From positions 55,366,001-55,430,000 of the forward strand of contig OZ360234.1 in assembly GCA_977017645.1 (NCBI GenBank): a DNA stretch of 64,000 bases, written 5' to 3'. Positions within the stretch are counted from its first letter, which is position 1. Each line of letters begins with the position of its first letter. The notes below the pieces were generated by a model. The model did no database searches. It was not told the origin of the DNA and saw only the letters and a list, made by a program, of their open reading frames with translations. The position numbers and the translations under genes are program-made. This DNA is from Torpedo marmorata. Taxonomy: Eukaryota. Shown in pieces: positions 37,570 through 50,690 of this stretch.

Positions 37570-40040
37570 ATTGTGTTCAGATATGTTTGGTGAGAGTGCA
37601 CATACCAGTGCCCTCCAGCATTTGTGCTGCTGGTTTGTGCGATCATCTGAGGACACCTATTCCATGATAAATAGCGCTCTCTGCAGCAGTCAACCTGCTT
37701 CAAAAGGGCATCCATCATTCCAATGCCCAAGAGCAGCAAAGTGATACGCTTCAATGACTATTGGGCAGTGGCACTGACGTCTACCATGATGAAGTGCTTT
37801 AAGAGGTTGGTTATGGACCTGGACCCACTTCAGTTCGCCTATCGTCACAACAAGTCAAGGGCAAATGCCATCCCGCTTACCCTCCACTCTGTGTTAGATC
37901 ACGTAGATCACAGGAACACCGATGTCCCTGTGTTCGTTGACTGCAGCTCGGAGTTCAACACCAACATACCAGCAAGACTCATGACCAAGTTAAAGGACCT
38001 AAGACTCTGTCCGTCCCTCTGCAACTGGATTTTTGACTTCCTCATCGGCAGACTCCAGTCAGTGCAGTTCGGCAACATCACCTCATTGGTGCTGACCATC
38101 AGCACAGGGACACCGAGGTTGTGTGGTTGGTCCACTCTCTACTCTTTGTACACCACTGACTACAGCCAAGTTCAACACCAACTCAATCTACAAATTCATC
38201 GCCACTGTTGTTGACCAAATAACTGGAAATGATGAGTCAGAATACAGGATGGAGATGGAGAACCTGGTTGATGGTGCCAAAACAACTATCTTGCTTTCAG
38301 CATTGCCAAGACCCAGGAACTTATTGTCAATTTTGAGAAGGAGAGGCTGAGGGACCACTCATCTATCTGCATTGATGGGAAGGAGAGAGTCAGAACCTTC
38401 AAGTTCCTGGAAGCCCATATCTCAGAAGGCCTTTCCTGGAGCCAGGCACTTCAAGGCAACCGTGAAGAAGGCACACCAGCACCTTTACTTTCTAAGATTT
38501 GTCATGCTGTCGAATACTCTGATCAAACATCTACTGATACTCTGTGGAATGTATCAGAATCAGAATTTATTGTCATGAACAAGTCATGAAATTCGGTGTT
38601 TTGCGGCAGCATCATAGTGCAATTAACATTCATATTAACCATCTAACGACATTACTATAAAAAATTATAAACAATAGTGCACGAAAAGTAAGGCAGTGTC
38701 TTTGGTTCATTGATTATTCAGGAATCTGATGGCAGCGGGGAAGAAGCTGTCCTTGTGCCGTTGAGTGCTCGTCTTTAGGCTCCTGTACCTTTTTCCCGAT
38801 GGAAGCAGAGTGAAGAGGGCATGGCCTGGGTGGTGGGGGTCTTTGAGGATAGAGGCTGCTTTTTTAAGACACCGCCTCATGTAGATGTCCTCGATGGAGT
38901 GAAGTTTGGTGCCTGTGATATCACAGGCCGAGTTAACAACCTTCTGGAGTTTACTCTTGTCCTGGGAGTTGCCGCCTCCATACCAGGCAGTGATGCAACC
39001 AGCCAGAATGCTCTCCACGGAACACCTGTAGAACTTTACGAGAGTCTTTGGTGACATACCGAATCTCCGCAGACACCTCACAAAGTATAGCCGCTGACGA
39101 GCCTTCTTTGTGATTGCATCAACGTGGATGCTCCAGGACAGATCCTCGGAGATGTTAACACCCAGGAATTTGAAGTTCTTGACCCTCTCCACGACTGAGC
39201 CCTCGAGGACTGGGTCATGTTCCCCTGACTTCATCCTGAAGTCCACAATCATCTCCTTGGTTTTGCTGACGTTGAGCTCAAGGTTGTTGCCATTACACCA
39301 TTCAACGAGCTGATCTATCTCCCTCCTGTACGCTTCCTCATTGCCATTTGTGATTCTGCCGACAACTGTGGTGTCATCGGCAAACTTGTAGATGGCATTG
39401 GAATTGAGTGGGTCCAGATCTTTGCTTAGGTATGTGTTAATTCTGGCCATGACCAGCCTCTCAAATCATTTCATCACAGTAGAATTTAGTGCTACTGGGC
39501 GGTAGTCGTTGAGGCAGCCCACACTACTCTTCTTGGGTACCGGGATGATTGATGCCCTTTTGAAGCAGGTGGGAACCTCTGACTGCCGCAATGAGAGGAC
39601 AATACAATTGCTCAGGAATGCGGAAGGTAGCAAACATAGCCAAGTCCATCACAGGCACTGACCTCCCATCCATTTCAGACATCTATGTGAGGCGCTGCCT
39701 CAAAAAGGCAGCCAACATCACGAAGGACCCCCATCACCCAGGTCACAAGCTCTTTTCACTGCTGCCTTTGGGCAGAAGGTACAGAAGCCTGAAAGCCAAC
39801 ACCTCTAGATTCAAGAACAATTTCTTTCCAATAGCCATCAGACTCTTGAAGTTCTTGGTATACATGGACTGTCTGCACTAAATATCACTTTTTTGCATGC
39901 TGATTACTGCGAATATTGTCCCTTTTTAATTTAATTTGATTAGTTTACTGTTGTAGTTTTTCTTTACAAGTACCTGTTCAGTTGCAGCGATTAAGAATAT
40001 TGAGCAGATGTACATTGTATAATGTGTATGACAATCAACT
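37570..40040 (+). mobile_element. Degraded Rex1/Babar LINE split by a younger antisense Rex1
   Basis: NDYWAVALTSTMMKCF..DLDPLQFAY up to ~38550; resumes ~39595 with RRCLKKAANITKDPHHPGH. Confidence 0.85.
38552..39592 (-). mobile_element. Young, internally deleted Rex1/Babar LINE
   Basis: Open 247-aa ORF (KFADD, LGVNISEDLSW, KKARQRLYF); (TTCTGA)n tail. Confidence 0.92.
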
Positions 40041-40079
40041 AAAAAAGTGGACTTGTAGATTTATCTGCTATTAAACGTA

Positions 40080-40723
40080 CCGCGTATACTCGTGTAATAG
40101 TCTAGTTTTGAGGACCAATTTTTCCGGTCAAATTTAGGGGGTCAACTTTTACACGGATACTACTTTTCACCGTGGTAAGTACCTGCGTCGTTCAAGGCGT
40201 CGGGAGTTCGGATGGCTGGGACTGGGTGTTAAGTCCGCGTTCGGGGCGTCGGGAGCTCCGGTGGGCGGGTGGCCGAGGCAAGGATCCGCGGCCGGGCCAT
40301 TGGGAGCTCCAATGGGTGGGCTGTCGCGGTGTCGGGAACTCGGATGGGCGGGCAGCTGAGGCAAGGATCCGCGGTCGGGACATCGGGAACTCCGGTGAGC
40401 GGGAGGCCGGGGCGAGGATCTGCGGTTGGGGCGTCGGGAGCTCAGATGGGCGAGCGGCTGAGGCGAGGATCCGCGGTCGGGGCGTCGGGAACTCTGGTGG
40501 GCAGGCAGTCGAGGTGAGGGTCCGTGGTCGGGGCGTCAGAAGCTCGGGCGGCTGAGGCAAGGGTTCGTGGTCGGGGAGTCGGGCGCTCGAATAGGCGGGC
40601 GGTCAGGGTCAAAAATAGGGGGTCGACTTTTACATAGGATGTATGGAAAATACGCAATTTGTAGGCCAAAGAGGAGGGGGGTCGCCTTTTACATGGGATC
40701 AACTAATACACGAGTATATACGG
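40080..40723. mobile_element. Tigger/pogo-type MITE carrying a 51-bp GC-rich minisatellite
   Basis: TIRs CCG..TATACTCGTGTA.TAGT, TA flanks; 17-aa periodicity in the ORFs across it. Confidence 0.85.
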
Positions 40724-41880
40724 TACTTGCGCAAAGTGCTGCTAGCCTAGATAGTTCACTGTTCAACCTCTGGGCCACCAATTAGTTGAATTTCATTCCT
40801 GTTTATTTCTCAGTTCTTGGCTTCTACTTCATTCATTATTTTTATGCTCAGTAAGTCATCAAAATAGCTGTCAGTTTATTTTATGATTTGTCTCCAAAAC
40901 CACTTGTGGTAAAGAAGGTCATGTTCAAATAATCCTCTGTGAACTGACTTCATGCTTCTCCATTTCTTCTTTGTTGTTCATCTTAAATATGTGCATATTT
41001 GATATTCATTAGTTACTGGACTTGCTTTTGTTGCTTCAAAATCTCTATTTGAAACCCACCAATATACCGGGTACTTTCAACATTCATCCCTACTATTACT
41101 TTGTTCATTTTTTTTTAGTATTGATTTCTAATCAAATATCGTAAACGTTCCTTTCATAGCTCAATCTTTACTGTATTGGACTACCCAGAAACATGTGCAG
41201 TATAATTCCTGCAGTTTATAACTACAGTAAAACTGATAATTTGGCACTCTTGGGACTTTGGTAGTGCTGTGCAAGCAGGATTTCTTTTGGGACTGTTGAA
41301 TGTGACATCTATTAGTAGTCTTGTTTGACTTGTTTTGCCTGTTTCTCAGTAGCATGATAAATTTTCGAGTGAACCCTGTGAGTATAAAGGGTGGGAGAAT
41401 TATACAAGCTCTGAACCTCAGCTCCAATGGCAATCCTACCCACATTCCTGGCCCCTGGTGTTCCAAACGAATCCTAACCCTGGCCATCCACGACCCACTG
41501 TCTGGACCCCAGCCCTGGCTGTATTCAAATAGCTGTTTGAAGTTTCCTTGGTAGTTAGCATGCTTAATGTAATTTAAGCAGTACTTTTGCCAGTATAACC
41601 TGTTGAAGTAACTGGCAAATGCATTCACTCATTGTTGGTGAATGTCGGCTTTAAAGGGAACTATGCAAGTTGTGCCATTGGTGCCACAACTATGGCCTTT
41701 TAATTGTCTTAAAACACAATGTTGCTTCTTTAATTCTGAACTTAGGAGTTCTATATTTTTAAAAATCAAGAGTTTAGCTCATCTTAAGATTTTGCTTCTC
41801 ATATACCCAGCTTCAAAGATGTTTATTTCTGCACCATCTATGCTATTGTTCTTGGTGTTTCTTATTATTAATTGCACATA

Positions 41881-42160
41881 CCATATATTCTCGTGTAATT
41901 GTCGATACCGTGTAATAGTCGACACCCCCCCTTTTTCGTATGACCAGTGTAAAGGTCAAACCCCCTTTTTTGGCCCCGGCTGCCTGCCCATTCGAGCTCC
42001 CGACGCCCTGACCGCCTGCGGATCCTCACCCCAGCCGCCCTCCCACCGGAGCTCCCAATGCCCCGGCCACCGACTCCCTCCTAGGCCCTGGCCGCTCATC
42101 CACGCTCCCGATGTCCCGAACACGGACTCACCACCCGGTCCCGGCCATCCAAGCTCCCGA
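41881..42160 (-). mobile_element. Truncated related MITE with the same minisatellite, inverted
   Basis: TA-CCATATATTCTCGTGTAA terminus; GAGCTCCCGACGCCC..GCGGATCCTC units. Confidence 0.75.
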
Positions 42161-42564
42161 TGAAGTATGATCTCTGGTTTGTTTCTTTCTGAAAACTGCA
42201 ATATTCTTCCTTGAAGTTCTACGTTTTGTCTGCTTGCCTTGATGGCCCATTTTCAGATGACTTGTACAATAGAAAATAAAAATAATTCCACAGGTTCATC
42301 GCACACAGTTCTATCTATAATTGCCCAGCATTAAACAAATATTTTTTGCCTTCATTCTTCCCATACATGTGACATTTTAATAATGCTTTCTACAATTCTT
42401 TACATGATAGAATCATAGCCTGCAGCAGAGTGGGGACTTAATTCGTCCATTGTGTGTGCAATGGCTGAGTTTTGAAATCCAGTAAAATGCAGCTTAATCC
42501 TTGTAACCCTTTAAATTAATTATTTTAGACCACTCCGTATTGACACTTATTGACGTATTATGAA

Positions 42565-43320
42565 TATTAGAACATAAACATATGTATTGGGCACAGGAAT
42601 ATACAACTCTGCCCTCATTTGCCAACCATCTAATGAGTCATGCTAATCTGAATGTGACCTCAACTCTTCATTCCTTTCCACGTAATTTATCAACACCTTG
42701 CTTATTCGGTATTGATCTGCCTTGGCCTTAACTTCAAAGACTACTTGCACTGCCCTATTATTGTTGTGAGCCTTTCGAATTTGTTGGCAGAGGGAACTAA
42801 TGTAGCCTCGCCTGTCTTAAGAGGATGAACCGTTATTTTTAACACACGAAGAAAAATGCTCTTCCCAGTCTTCCTTTCAAAATCCCTCAGAATCTTTTGT
42901 GCTTCAGTTGTGTTTTCTCTCTCTTTCATACAACCCCCCACCCCACTCCCTTCTAAATTCCAGTGAATGTAAGCCTGCTCATCCATTCCTCATAACTCAA
43001 TCTGCCCCTTCCAGGTATTATTTTCCAATACAATAAAGTTCATTCTTAAATAAGGGAACACACAACTTTTTGTGTGGCCTCACCAACTCGAGCATAACTT
43101 ATCCCTAATGTTTTAATTCAATTCCTTACCAAAAAATGATACCATTCTGTTAATTTTCCTTATTACTCACTGTACCCGCATATATTAGCTTTTCATGAAT
43201 CATGCACCAGGACATCAAATCTCTCTGCCTCTGGGCTCTGCAAACTCTGTCATCTCTCTTCATTTTGGCAAGAAAAATAATTTTTAATTTTCCCACATTG
43301 CACTCCAATTGCCAAATCTT
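42565..43320 (-). mobile_element. Highly degraded CR1
   Basis: CR1-like tail and WQLECNVGK.K remnant. Confidence 0.55.
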
Positions 43321-43520
43321 ACCTGTGAGGAAAATGTGAATGACTATCTGGACTAGTCTTTCCAAGCAAGCACAAAAATTGCTATCTGCATATATAATGT
43401 TAAAAGGTAATTTCAAAGTATCCCAATAAAAATTGAAAAGCAATGTCAAGTCAAACGATTGCGGGATCACCAGAAACCAAGGTACAGATATGGAACGCGG
43501 TGGTGAAAATGGTGAAGAAA

Positions 43521-44263
43521 TTCAGATTTCAGATTTATTGTCAGAGTACATGCATGACATCACATAAAGCCCTGAGATTCTTTTTCCTGCGGGCGCGGCA
43601 GAATTACCACTAATTGGTAGTGCAAAAAAAAACTCTACACAGCGTAAACAAACAAAGAACTGTAAACAGATAACGAATGTAAACAAACTGCAATACAGAG
43701 AGAATAAAAAAGAAAATCAATAAAGTGCACAAGTCAGAGTCCTTAAATGAGTCTCTGATTGAGTTTGTCGTTGAGGAGTCTGATGGTGGAGGGGTAGCAG
43801 CTGTTCCTGAACCTGGTGATGCGGGTCTTGTGGCACCTATACCTCTTTCCTGGTAGCAGCAGCGAGAACAGAGCGTGTGCTGAGTGGTGTGGGTCTTTGA
43901 TGATTGCTGCTGCTCTCCGACGGCAGCGTTCCCTGTAGATGTACTCAATAGTGGGGAGGGTTTTGCCTGTAATGTCCTGGGCTGTGTCCACTACCCTTTG
44001 GAGGGCTTTACGCTCAGGGGTATTGGTGTCCCCATACCAAACCGTGATGCAGCCGGTCAACACACTTTCCACCACATCTCTAGAACTTTTCCAGAGTTTC
44101 TCAGGATTGCAAACCTCCGCAAACTCCTGAGGAAGTAGAGGCGCTGACGTGCTTTCTTCACAATGCCATTGGTGTGTTGGGTCCAGGAAAGATCTTCCGA
44201 GATAGTGACTCCCAAGAACTTAAATTTGCTCACCCTTTCCACCTCTGATCCCCCAATTATCAC
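43521..44263 (-). mobile_element. Young 5'-truncated Rex1/Babar LINE
   Basis: FKFLGVTISEDLSW..KKARQRLYFLR; VESVLTGCITVWYG..RFRNSCYP; (TCTGAAA)n tail. Confidence 0.92.
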
Positions 44264-44269
44264 TTTTTA

Positions 44270-46350
44270 CCACCAATTCCATTCAAATTTCTCTTCCTAG
44301 TGTGCTACATAATATTCGTGATACTGTGATCAATAAAATAAATGATATATTCATTGCATTTGCTGTCTGAGGGACATTATGGATAAATTAACTATCGCTT
44401 TTTCTACAATAGTGACTAAACTTTACAAAAAACTGCACAATTGATCGCTAGGCAGTTTGGGGCATTCCAAGTTAGTGAAAGGCGTTGTATCATTTGTTCT
44501 TTCATTGCTATATATTATTAACAATATATCTTCCATGGAGAATATGAACTGGGAGGTTTACAACTCCCAGATTTCAAAAAATATTATTGGGCAGCCCAAA
44601 TGAAATTTGTCACCTCCTTCTTTGAAGGGGGAGACAAGCCTTCCTGGGTAAAGATGGAACTGCAAAAGGTGGGAGAGAGGAGAGCAGAAGACTTTATATA
44701 CAAATGGGATTAAAAAAATTAATATCCAGTGTGAAAGAAACCCCCCTGTTGAAACACATAATTGATATCTGGCATAAAATAAATTATCAAATTGGGAATA
44801 AGGGGAGGTTATCTCCAAAAACGCCCCTGGCTCAAAATAGGTGTATACCTTTTACAATGGATAATAAGATCCTGGCGCCTGGTCCCGGAAAGGGATCAGA
44901 TGTGTCGAGGATTGCTATGGGCAGGGACAACTTATGTCATTTGAACAATTAAAAAATAAGTATGGTATTATGAATAATACACTCTTCTGCTATTTCCAGC
45001 TTACTTAAGGGATAAATTGGGCCCATCAATGACCCTTCCGGAATGCAGTGAAGTGGAGTCTTTGATTCGAAAGGGGATCACAAAGAAGTTTATTTCAGCA
45101 ACCTATCTTTTACTACAAAAAGGAACCCCTAAACAGGGGCTACATAGATCTAGACAGAGATGGGAGTCAGACTTGGATATAATAATTAATGAACAAAACT
45201 GGTCCGACTTATGTCGGGACAGTATGAAAAACACAATAAATGTGAGATACAGACTGGTACAATATAATTTTTTGCACCAGTTATCTCTCTCGCCGCAAAA
45301 ATTTAAATCGGAAATACCAGATAAATGTTTTAGATGCGGCAAAGAAATAGGAACGTTTTTACATTTAATCTGGTCATGCCCCAAAGTAAAAACTTTCTGG
45401 ACGGACTTAGGGAAACTCTTAGAACAAATTACAGAAATTCAGTTCCCACAACGCCCAGAATTATTTCTATTGGGCAATATCTCCGGCGCAAGACCTAAGA
45501 TGAGGCTGTCAAAATTTCAAATAAAATTTATGGAGATCGCATTGGCAGTGGCCAGGAAATGTATAGCGGTCACATGGAAGTCTGATTCCCATCTAGGTAT
45601 TTCAAGACAGAATGAGGAAATGTACAGTTGTGTTCCCCTTGAGAAGATTACCTATAATCTTAGAAATAGATATGATATATTTTTAAACATTTGGACTCCA
45701 TATTTACAATATATGGCTTTAAATCTATAACCAGGCCCCCCCTCGCCTCCAGGACCTATGTCCATTTCCTCTTCATAAATCCGAGTATGCCAAGTAATTT
45801 AAGCCTGTGGGGTGGGCGACGAGTCTCCAACGTCTTCTTTCCTTTTCTATTTCAACCTTTTCTTATTCTATTCCTCTCTTTTTTCTTTTAGGGGGGAATT
45901 GGGTGGTTGGGTTTTTCTTTGTTTGTAATGTTGTTGTTTTTTAGTATAATAGTCAACAGACGAATATTATATTTGATGTATTACTTTTGTTATTGTTAAT
46001 ATGTTTGACTTTAAAAAAAAAATACAAATAAAATATTCAAAAAAAAACCAATATATCTTCACTTTGATATATCAAAGTGAAGATATATTGTTAATGATAT
46101 ATAGCAATGAAAGAACAAATGATACAACACCTTTCACTAACTTGGAATGTCCTAAATTGCCTCGTGATCAATTGTGCACTTTTTTTGTAAAGTTTAGTCA
46201 GTATTGTAGAAAATGCGATAGTTAATTTATCCATAATGTCCCTCAGACAGCAAATGCAATGAATATATCATCTATTTCATTAATCCCAGTATCACCAATA
46301 TTATGTAGGACACTAGGAAGAAAGAAGAGAAATTTGAATGGAATCGGTTG
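44270..46350. repeat. Long palindrome (arms ~44270-44533 and ~46079-46350) interrupted by L1
   Basis: Arms align as reverse complements at roughly 90% or better by eye; perfectly palindromic centre at 46061-46078. Confidence 0.92.
44534..46048 (+). mobile_element. 5'-truncated L1-clade LINE
   Basis: 237-aa ORF2 C-terminus with CFRC..FLHLIWSC; A-rich tail; 12-bp TSD CAATATATCTTC (44522-44533, 46049-46060). Confidence 0.92.
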
Positions 46351-46747
46351 TATCATAGTTCAATGAAAGGAATTGCAATTTGTTTATGGATGACTATTGA
46401 ACAACACTGGAACCTTGTTGAGGTTCATTGGATGTCATTCACATAAATGTGGCTGACTTCATATATTTATGATATCACCAAAGTAAGTGGTTGGCTCGAA
46501 GCAAATGGCTGAAGAAATGGTGTGATTGCTAATTTTGGACCAAATAGTATATAGGTTTCAAAATGATACTGACCACGTCTTAGGAATATTCCTAACTTTT
46601 CTCAGGATTGCAAATTGAGTTGGTATTTTTTAAACAAAAATGTCTCGATTGCACAAGGGAATATTTAAACATGATTACACAGTGATTTTAAGTAAAAATC
46701 TCTTTAGGTTAATGTGTTCACAAAAAAATGATTCTCTAGTTGGTGTA

Positions 46748-48560
46748 CAGTATTTGATGGCATATAAGACCCACTTTTTTCTCAAAAAATCCCCCGGGTC
46801 TTATATGCGAAGTTGAAATTAGGGTGATAATGGTGAGTAACGCCGACAGCGATCATCGTCGCTGCGTGGCTCATTAGCATGACCGCCATCTATCATTGCG
46901 CACCGAAATACAAACGCATGGTGATAGTGGAAGATTTTACCCTCAAGATGGCTACAGGAGGAAAGCGCTTAAGCTATGCTATTGGATACAAACTAAAAGT
47001 GGTAAACTATGCTAAGGAGCATGGTAATAGAGTGGCAGTGAGAGTTTTTGGGGCACCGTCTACGGCAAACATGATACAAGACTTCCTGACGGGAAGACCT
47101 CAGGCAGTCCGGGTTGGAAACAGCACTTCTAAGGTCATTGCAATTGAGCACGGGGGCTCCCCAGGGCTGTGTGCTTAGTCCATTGCTGTTCACTCTGCTG
47201 ACTCATGACTGTGCAGCAAAACACAGCTCGAATCACATCAGCAAGAACGATGAGTCGGCATACAGAGATGAGGTGTAGTCGCTAATGGAATGGTGCGGAG
47301 CCAACAACCTGCATCTGAATGTAAATACAACGAAAGAGTTGGTTGTCGACTTCAGGAGGGCCTGGGGGGATCATTCTCCATTGACCAACGGCTCTACCGT
47401 TGAGGTCGTAAAGAGTACCAAGTTTCTTGGAGTGCACTTGGCGGAGAGTCTCACCTTGTCCCTCAACACCAGTTCCATAGTCAAGAAAGCCCAGCAGTGT
47501 TTTTACTTCCTGCGAAGGCTGAGGAAAGTTCATCTTCCACCCTCTATCCTTACTACATTCTACAGGGGATGTATTGAGAGTATTCTGAGCAGTTGCATCA
47601 CCGCTTGGTTTGGAAACTGTACCATCTCGGACCGAAAGACCCTGGAGAGGATAGTGGGGTCAGCGGAGAAAATTATTGGTGTCTCTCTTCCCACCATGAC
47701 GGACATCTACAACACACGATGCATGAGGAAGGCTAATAATTGTGAAGGACTTCTCACACCCCTTTGGTAAACATTTTCCCCTTTTGCCATCTGGAAGGAG
47801 GTACCGAAGCACTCGGGTTCGTACGTCCAGATTGTGCAACAGTTTTTTCCCCCAACCCATCAGGCTCCTCAATTTCTAGATATATATGTGTATTGCATGT
47901 TATAGTTTTTTTTATTGTATTATGATATTTATGTACATCTGCCCATGGTCCTGGAGAAACGCTATCTCATCTTACTGTGTATATGGTAATGAACGACAAA
48001 TAAAGGTGACTTGACTTGAGAATGGAAAAAGCAAGAACAACAGCTACAGACTGCTAAAAAAGGTAAATGTAACCTTTGTTGCCTAGCCCCACATTGGCCA
48101 GAACTTGAGGAGGAGTTAAAAAAAACTGGGTGATAAATGAGAGGAATTCAGGGAAATGCGTTTCTACCAAAATGATAATTAATGAGGCCAGGAGATTAGG
48201 AGAAGAACAAGGGAATCAGGGTTTTGCAGGAACAGAAGGTTGGTGTTACCGGTTCATGAAAAGGCACAGTTTATCAATGTGTTCAAAAACATCCATTGAA
48301 CAGAAAATGCCAGCGGATTATGATAACTGTACTGGTAGCTTGTTCTCTTATAAAATGTTTTCTGCTATAGCTAAGCTGCTTTTGTTTTCTCTTGTAAATT
48401 ACAGCAGCATTATTAAAAAGATTTTTCATGTTGTCCTAGTTGCATGTTTTGTCCAAGTTTTAAATGCTTACCCGTAAATACACTAAAAAAAATCTTAATA
48501 TTCCTTGCTGAAATGAGGGGGGCTTATATGCCCGTGGGTCTTATATGCCGTCAAATACGG
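46748..48560 (+). mobile_element. Internally deleted pogo (POGK-like) DNA transposon
   Basis: 27-bp TIRs with TA flanks; Brinker-type DBD (KRLSY..YKLKVVNYAKEHGNR) and CENP-B HTH (GWCYRFMKRHSLS); DDE domain absent. Confidence 0.88.
47078..48017 (+). mobile_element. Rex1/Babar LINE inserted in the pogo transposase
   Basis: 161-aa ORF (WC..NNLHLNVNTTKELVVDFR..); (GACTT)n tail. Confidence 0.9.
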
Positions 48561-48646
48561 TAATTGAAATTAGATTGAACAACCTATTGGTATTTTCAGA
48601 AGTGTGAAAAATATGTAAATCTTAAGATTTCGAACTTTGCTTTCAG

Positions 48647-48777
48647 CTGTAGGATTGAGTAATGAAAGTGGAAGAGGTAAAACTGGAACCAGACTCTTTC
48701 AAGATTTTCAGATGTTGAGTCGGATATGGACCCATCCTTGGTGTCTGCAGTTGGACTATATCAGTAAAGAAAACAAG
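48647..48777 (+). CDS. ATRX: ATRX exon (..GRGKTGTRLFQDFQMLSRIWTHPWCLQLDYISKENK)
   Basis: ttgctttcag acceptor, AAG|gtagag donor, 131 nt. Confidence 0.96.
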
Positions 48778-50601
48778 GTAGAGCAGATGAATACAGTGAA
48801 TTCTATTTATGATTTTTCTTTGCTCTTTGCCACTGACGTTGAAAAATTATTGCAGTTACACGGTTTATTGCATATTTTAAATAGCTGAATACAATCTTTT
48901 CTGACACCCATCTGATGGGATTGAATCTTCCTGCAACATTTAACAGATATTGAAATTTGTGTTTATTTAAACAGCTATTTGAATGATAATCTGTTTAGAA
49001 TTGATGGATTTGCTAACATTGAAAGTTGAGTTTTGGAAGCTTGCAGTGATGCCAGCAATCTATGTGGCAAAATAAGTTGACCATCCTGCCTAGAGTTTTT
49101 AACCTAGTTGGTTAATTGGCCTTTTTAACCTAGTTGGCTAATTGGCCACGTTGGTTTATTTGGGCGGCGCGGGCTCATGGACCAGAAGGGCCTGTTACCA
49201 TTCTGTATCTCTAAATTAAATTAAAATCAATCACCAAAAGTTTGCCATGGTAACCTGTTGTGGTTAAGTTACTGCTCCAGTAGAGGCCTGTACTGAAAAC
49301 TCAAACCAGAATTTGAGTCCCTGTGAAATTTTCTTCACTTGCCTGAATTGCTACACCAGTGTTTTTCAAGCAGCATTCACTAATTAGTGCTTAGAAGGTA
49401 GAAGAATTAACCATACACAAAACCAGATCAGATGTTATTTATTGTCATGTAATATTACATGAAATTGCTTTTAGTTTGTCATAACGCAGACAGAGATTTG
49501 GCATTAGCATTGCCTTACAGTCAGAGAAAGAGAAGCAAATGAGAGTTCCCCGTTTTTCCCCCCACCCCTCGCCCAGAGTCACCGAGTGTCCATGGATTCA
49601 CCTCCAGCATTCCTGCAGCCAAACAAACCATCGGCAACCCAAGCACAGATCCAAAACCTTCAGCACCCAAAGCCCTTCGGGAGCCCATCTTGCCCTCAGC
49701 ATCCTTTCGAATCCTGGTTCCAATACTTGGTTCTCTTGAGCCAGTCTCCAGCAGCCCATAGCCTGGTGTGAGTCCCTTGCCGGCAACCTGTGTGGGTTCC
49801 TTGCCCGCATGTCGCCAACAGCTTGCTGCCTGTGTGTGTCCTTCAGCCACAGAGCCCCTTGCTGGTCCGCCACCAGAACTCTTGAACAAAATATTTGCAT
49901 TAACTTTTAAAAAAATAACTTGAATATGCAGTGGAATCCTACGTTAAAACTATTTCATGTTTTCATGGCTTTTTAGATGATCAACACGACTGCATAATGT
50001 GGAGTTGGCAGTAATTTGGATCAGTGTCAATTTGGAATATTCTTGAATTTTGTCTTGAATATTCAACAGACAAGATCACCTAAATGTTTGAAAGCGCCAA
50101 GATTATATGGAGGGTACTTGTTTGGGATCACAAGCTTCCAGGTGTAGCTTTTTTAAATGACCAGATTTGCCACCAGCTGTATTGGGTTGAATGGGAAATG
50201 GGCATCTTCATATTCCTGCATTGAACTTTTTTTCATTTATGATTACATTTATTGACAAAAATACCTTAATGAAAATAGTCTCTACACTTTTTTCAAACAT
50301 CTTTTGATTACTTGCCAGGTTACAGTTTAAAAAAAAAAAAAAATTTACTTTTTTTACGTTCATTTTCTTGCATTTAGATGTCACTGGCAAGTCCACAGTT
50401 TATTGGCCATCCCTAATTGTCCCAAAGGTATCTACTTGAACCACCAGTTATTTTGGCATGTTGGGTAGAGAATTCCAGGGTATAGAATAACATCATAGAG
50501 GAAGTTGTGAAGAAAAAGTAGTGTGATTGAGTATAGACTATTGCTCAATGTTTTGAGAAAAAATATACTTAAATAATTAATTAATCTCTCTATTTGTTCA
50601 G

Positions 50602-50690
50602 GGATATTTTGATGAGGACAGCATGGATGAATTCATTGCATCAGATTCAGATGAGACTTCAATGTCTCTTTCCTCAGAAGATGAGAAAAG
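50602..50690 (+). CDS. ATRX: ATRX exon (GYFDEDSMDEFIASDSDETSMSLSSEDEK)
   Basis: tttgttcag acceptor, AG|gttttt donor, 89 nt. Confidence 0.94.

Noticed and set aside
40167-40785. Overlapping repetitive ORFs (17-aa repeat)
   Set aside because: By-product of a stop-poor 51-bp GC minisatellite inside a MITE
41161-42163. 155-aa and 173-aa ORFs
   Set aside because: No domain similarity or splice support; partly runs into a MITE
49093-49148. Two tandem ~26-bp copies (TTTTAACCTAGTTGG.TAATTGGCC)
   Set aside because: Small local duplication at a SINE fragment junction; not an array
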